The notes under the pieces were generated by a model. That model worked only from the letters and a program-made list of their open reading frames with translations. It was not told the origin of the DNA and made no database searches. DNA of 50,244 nucleotides from Candidatus Limnocylindria bacterium (GTDB taxonomy: Bacteria > Chloroflexota > Limnocylindria > P2-11E), in the NCBI GenBank assembly GCA_050692015.1, contig JBOGTE010000002.1, positions 1 through 50,244 of the forward strand, in the 5' to 3' direction. Below are positions 46,259-50,244 of this stretch, piece after piece (positions within the stretch are counted from its first letter, which is position 1; each line of letters begins with the position of its first letter). Made by a program: the position numbers and the translations under genes.

Positions 46259-46285
46259 CCAAATTTGGATGATATCATGATAATA
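46259..46285. promoter_or_regulatory. Two abutting perfect 10-bp AT-rich palindromes (CCAAATTTGG, ATGATATCAT) plus a TATTAT/-10-like element in the SPFH-Arc operon promoter
   Basis: Minus strand reads -35 TTGCGC / 17 nt / -10 TATTAT, followed by both palindromes, then GGAGGA and GTG. AT-rich island in a 70% GC background. Confidence 0.45.
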
Positions 46286-46286
46286 G

Positions 46287-46835
<549 letters not shown>

Positions 46836-46905
46836 TGCCGCTTGCCCGGCGGCCCCTCCTACCCTCGTATCCTCGCAGGAGAGACTGGATCAGGGCGGTG
46901 ATCGT

Positions 46906-47961
46906 ATGAGTGAGATGGCGAACGTCGCGCGCGAGCTGGTCGCGCCGGGCAGGGGGGTCCTCGCGGCGGACGAAAGCTCCAGCACCATCAAGAGACGGTT
47001 CGACGCCATCGGCGTCGAGAGCACCGAGCAGAACCGGCGCGACTACCGCGAGCTGCTCTTCCGCACGTCGGGCGCGGCCGAGTACATCAGCGGCGTGATC
47101 CTCTACGACGAGACGATCAAGCAGAAGGCCGCGGACGGCACCCCGCTGGTGAAGGTCCTGCAGGACCAGAAAGTGCACCCGGGGATCAAGGTCGATCTCG
47201 GGGCGAAGCCGCTGGCGAACCGGCCGGGCGAGACCATCACCGAAGGGCTCGACGGGCTGCGCGAGCGCTTCGCCGAGTACAAGAAGCTCGGCGCGACCTT
47301 CAGCAAGTGGCGCGCGGTCATCAACATCGCGCCTGGGTCAAAGGACGCGGCCTCTGCGGCGACGCCCACGCGCGGATGCATCGAGGCGAACGCGCACGCG
47401 CTGGCGCGCTACGCGGCGCTGAGCCAGGAGGCCGGGATCGTCCCCATCGTGGAGCCCGAGGTCCTCATGGACGGGGACCACTCCATCGAGACGTGTTACG
47501 ACGTGACGCTCGTCACCCTCCACGCCGTCTTCCGTGAGCTCGCCGGAGCGCGGGTCGTGCTCGAGGAGATGCTCCTCAAGCCGAACATGGTCATCTCCGG
47601 CAGCGAGGCGAAGGACCGCGCGCCGGCCCGTGACGTCGCGCGCTTCACGCTCCACTGTTTCCGGCAGGCGGTCCCCGCGGCGGTCCCCGGCATCGTGTTC
47701 CTGTCGGGAGGGCAATCCGACGAGGAGGCCACCGTCAACCTCGACGCCATCAACCGCCGCGCCGCCGAGATCGGCGTGCCGTGGCAGCTCAGCTACTCGT
47801 ACGGCCGCGGCCTGCAGGCCGCACCGCAGAAGGCCTGGTCCGGCAAGCAGGAGAACGTCGCGGCGGCGCAGCGAGCCTACTACCACAGGGCCCGATTGAC
47901 GTCGGCAGCGCGGATGGGGAAGTACACACCCGACATGGAGAAGGAGCTGGTGTCGGCGTAG
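46906..47961 (+). CDS. fba: Class I fructose-bisphosphate aldolase
   Basis: GRGVLAADESSSTIKRRF is the FBA class I N-terminal signature. Schiff-base lysine context LLKPNMV. Confidence 0.85.
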   Translation: MSEMANVARELVAPGRGVLAADESSSTIKRRFDAIGVESTEQNRRDYRELLFRTSGAAEYISGVILYDETIKQKAADGTPLVKVLQDQKVHPGIKVDLGAKPLANRPGETITEGLDGLRERFAEYKKLGATFSKWRAVINIAPGSKDAASAATPTRGCIEANAHALARYAALSQEAGIVPIVEPEVLMDGDHSIETCYDVTLVTLHAVFRELAGARVVLEEMLLKPNMVISGSEAKDRAPARDVARFTLHCFRQAVPAAVPGIVFLSGGQSDEEATVNLDAINRRAAEIGVPWQLSYSYGRGLQAAPQKAWSGKQENVAAAQRAYYHRARLTSAARMGKYTPDMEKELVSA

Positions 47962-48137
47962 CTCAGCTGGCGAGGAACGACCGGTGGTGATCGGAGGGAA
48001 GGAGATCCAGGGTATCTGGGAGGCTCTGTCGCCCGAGTCAGCGAAGGTCACGCGCCAGCCGTCCCTCGTCCGCCAGCCGCTCCTGCACACGCGCTCCCGG
48101 GTAGCAACGGCATCGTCCTTGCCCGTCAGGGCGGGTC

Positions 48138-48416
48138 GTGGACGTGCTCATCCATGAATTCGAGGAGCCGGTGCGCGACCCGGATGGGCATCTGTACCGT
48201 GCTCGAGCTTTCGGTCGGCGGCGCCGCGACGGCACGTGGATCGGATGGCTCGAGTTCCGCCCAAGCGGGTCCGGTGGCGTCGCGCGCGCGACCGACCGAG
48301 AGACGACCCAGCCCAACGAGGAGGCGCTCCGCTACTGGGCGACGGGCATCGAGGTGCGCTATCTCGAAGGTGCGATCGAGCGGGCGGTCCGGCTGCGGCC
48401 TCTCCCTCGCCTCTAG
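48138..48416 (+). CDS. Hypothetical protein (92 aa)
   Basis: ORF in codon-biased frame. No family recognised. Confidence 0.35.
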   Translation: MDVLIHEFEEPVRDPDGHLYRARAFGRRRRDGTWIGWLEFRPSGSGGVARATDRETTQPNEEALRYWATGIEVRYLEGAIERAVRLRPLPRL

Positions 48417-49747
48417 GCGGGAGCGGGCTCCGCCGGGAGCGGGACCGGGCGTTGCGGCGGCGAGATCCGCAGCGCGAGGGCCACGGCCACGAAGCCCATG
48501 ATCGCCGCCGACACGAACATCAGGTGGTAGTCGCCCAGCAGCACGCGGAAGAAGCCTCCCGCGTACGCCGCGATGGCCGCGCCGATCATGTGCGAGAACC
48601 AGATCCAGCCGTACAGCGTCCCGAGCGAGGCGCGGCCGAAGCGTGACGCGGTGAGGCTCACCGTCGGCGGGACGGTCGCGATCCAGTCGAGCCCGTAGAC
48701 GACCGCGAACAGCATCAGCCCCTGGAAGTCGTAGACGAGCGGCAGGGCCATCAGCGAGATGGCGCGGAAGCCGTAGTACATCGCCAGCAGCTTCCGCGGG
48801 TCATAGCGGTCGGTGAGCCACCCGGAGGCCAGCGTGCCGACGATGTTCAGGGACCCCAGGAGCGCGATGGCGCCCGCGGCGACCACCTCGGTGAACCCGT
48901 GCTCCACCGCGTGCGGGATGAGGTGAGTGCCGATGAGGCCGTTCGACGTGTAGCCGCACACGAAGAAGGAGCCCGCCAGCAGCCAGAAGTCCATCGTCCG
49001 CACCGCGCTTCGCAGCGGCGTGCCCTTGGTGTCGAGGGCGCGCTCCCGCGAGATCGTCGCGGCCGTCTCGCCGTACGGCGCGAGCCCCACGTCGGCCGGC
49101 CGATCGCGCATGAAGAAGAGGACGGGGACCAGCGCGAGCGCGGTGGCGATGGCGATGACCGTCATCGCCGCGCGCCAGCCGTCGGCCACGAGGATAGTCG
49201 CCATCACCGGGATGAATACCAGCTGGCCGGCGGAGACGGCCGCGCCGAAGGCCCCCACGATCACGCCCTGGTGCTTGCGGAACCAGCGATGCGCCACGGC
49301 CGCGCTCACGACCTGGCCGGCGCCCCCGGTCCCGAGGCCGATGGCGATGCCCCAGATCAGGTAGAAGTGCCACAGCTCGCGGACGTGCAGCAGCGCCCAG
49401 ATGCCGCCGGCGATGAGGCCGATGCCCGCGAGGAGCACCCGGCGCGGGCCGAACCGGTCCACCAGGCCGCCTCCGAGCGGTCCGCCGAGGCCGAACGCGA
49501 TGAGGCTGAGCGCCACGGCGAGCGAGATGCTCGCCCGGTCCCATCCGAACTCGGTCTCGAGCGGCAGGATGATGAGCCCCGGCGTCGCCCGGACGGCCTG
49601 GGCCACCAGGAGCGACACGAACATGACCGCGACGACGACCCAGGCGTAGTGCAACCGCACGGTCGGCAGTTTGAAGGAGATCGCGCGCGCGGTCCGTGTC
49701 GCGCGCGACACATGCGACCCGGAAGGCTCGTCTGTCGGCGTCCTCAC
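48413..49747 (-). CDS. MFS transporter
   Basis: 12-TM topology. GGLVDRFGPRRVL is the MFS motif A (G-x-L-a-D-r-x-G-r-r). Confidence 0.8.
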   Translation of the reverse strand: MRTPTDEPSGSHVSRATRTARAISFKLPTVRLHYAWVVVAVMFVSLLVAQAVRATPGLIILPLETEFGWDRASISLAVALSLIAFGLGGPLGGGLVDRFGPRRVLLAGIGLIAGGIWALLHVRELWHFYLIWGIAIGLGTGGAGQVVSAAVAHRWFRKHQGVIVGAFGAAVSAGQLVFIPVMATILVADGWRAAMTVIAIATALALVPVLFFMRDRPADVGLAPYGETAATISRERALDTKGTPLRSAVRTMDFWLLAGSFFVCGYTSNGLIGTHLIPHAVEHGFTEVVAAGAIALLGSLNIVGTLASGWLTDRYDPRKLLAMYYGFRAISLMALPLVYDFQGLMLFAVVYGLDWIATVPPTVSLTASRFGRASLGTLYGWIWFSHMIGAAIAAYAGGFFRVLLGDYHLMFVSAAIMGFVAVALALRISPPQRPVPLPAEPAPA

Positions 49748-49762
49748 CTCTAAACTTGTGAG

Positions 49763-49845
49763 CGGAGAGGTGTCCGAGTGGTTGAAGGTGCCGCTCTCGA
49801 AAAGCGGTAGGCGAAAGCCTCGCGGGTTCGAATCCCGCCCTCTCC
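49763..49845 (+). tRNA. tRNA-Ser (anticodon CGA)
   Basis: GGAGAGG.../CCTCTCC acceptor, anticodon loop cTCGAAa, long variable arm, T-loop GGTTCGAATCC. TAAACT lies 7 nt upstream. Confidence 0.85.
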
Positions 49846-49870
49846 GCCCGGTACGCTTCGGAAGCTATCG

Positions 49871-49953
49871 GGAGAGGTCGCCTAGTGGCCTAGGGCGCTG
49901 ACCTGGAAAGTCAGTGGGTGAAAGCCCCGTGGGTTCGAATCCCACCCTCTCCG
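49871..49953 (+). tRNA. tRNA-Ser (anticodon GGA)
   Basis: GGAGAGG acceptor, anticodon loop cTGGAAa, long variable arm, T-loop GGTTCGAATCC. Confidence 0.85.
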
Positions 49954-50084
49954 CTGTACCCTTACTGATGGTCGTGCTAGGCGGGGAGTTAGCGGTGCCC
50001 TGTACCCGAGATCCGCTTTAGCGGGGCTGAATCCCCTCCCGAGGCCGGCCACCGCGGATCCTGCTAGCGCACGGAGGCGTTGAA

Positions 50085-50181
50085 GGCCGGGTCCTGTGCA
50101 GCAGTGAGCCGTGAACCCCGTCAGATCCGGAAGGAAGCAGCGGTAAGCGGAATTCGCTGGGTGCCGCAGGGCGACCTGGCC
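50085..50181 (+). ncRNA. ffs: Signal recognition particle RNA (small 4.5S-type SRP RNA)
   Basis: Contains the universally conserved domain IV motif GTCAGATCCGGAAGGAAGCAGC (E. coli has CAGGUCAGGUCCGGAAGGAAGCAGCC) with the GGAA tetraloop. The terminal helix GGCCGGGTC / GACCTGGCC closes a molecule of about 97 nt. Boundaries are approximate. Confidence 0.65.
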
Positions 50182-50244
50182 CGAGCTGACGACGCTGGTA
50201 GCTCCGTAGTGGTCCGTTCGACGGAGGGTGCACGGCCGTGAAGC

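Noticed and set aside
47955-48030. GCGTAGCTCAGCTGG, a perfect tRNA D-arm-like 15-mer at the aldolase stop codon
   Set aside because: No acceptor stem, anticodon arm or T-loop (GGTTCGAATCC) follows. The match is confined to the last codons of fba, so it is coincidental or at most an ancient tRNA scar.
49960-50084. tRNA-like hairpins (GGGGCTGAATCCCC) between tRNA-Ser(GGA) and the SRP RNA
   Set aside because: It could not be folded into a cloverleaf with a complete acceptor stem, so it was not called a tRNA or pseudogene.

Overview
This is a high-GC (about 70%) chromosomal segment that looks actinobacterial. Genes are densely packed on both strands, and many of the long ORFs in the six-frame track are antisense or shadow artefacts of the GC content. 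I call about 55 CDSs, five intact tRNAs (Ser-GCT, Arg-TCG, Arg-ACG, Ser-CGA, Ser-GGA), one 3' fragment of a tRNA-Ser(UGA) that looks like an integration-site remnant, and a small SRP (4.5S) RNA at the 3' end.

The identifiable content falls into these groups:
- Left end (1-2415): a lower-GC block holding a partial ORF, a UDG-fold-like protein, a Trp-rich ORF and a foreign-looking 263-aa ORF with an R-x4-H motif, ending in the tRNA-Ser fragment. I read this as the distal end of an integrated element.
- Toxin-antitoxin: two type II pairs (Phd/YefM-VapC and RHH-VapC). Both PIN toxin reading frames lack a canonical start codon.
- DNA repair: a B. subtilis MrfA/MrfB-like helicase-exonuclease operon with an amidase downstream. 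Its promoter carries two GAAC-N4-GTTC (LexA-type) boxes.
- Possible mobile remnant: an HNH-type endonuclease in low-GC DNA directly after two tRNA-Arg genes. Its 3' end overlaps tRNA-Arg(ACG) on the opposite strand, and it has a strong promoter, palindromic operator and RBS.
- Membrane/regulatory pair: an SPFH (band-7) protein with an Arc-like RHH protein, preceded by two adjacent perfect AT-rich 10-bp palindromes.
- Catabolism: methylcrotonyl-CoA carboxylase alpha and beta, HMG-CoA lyase, three tandem enoyl-CoA hydratases, a thiolase and an aldehyde dehydrogenase, with a 19-bp perfect palindrome in the divergent promoter.
- Purine-related cluster: an F420/LLM oxidoreductase, an NCS2 permease and an orphan XdhC.
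- Other: an orphan histidine kinase, a large BNR/sortilin-like protein, an M19 dipeptidase, an M23 peptidase, tadA, a class I aldolase and an MFS transporter.

I found no CRISPR array, no rRNA and no obvious riboswitch.
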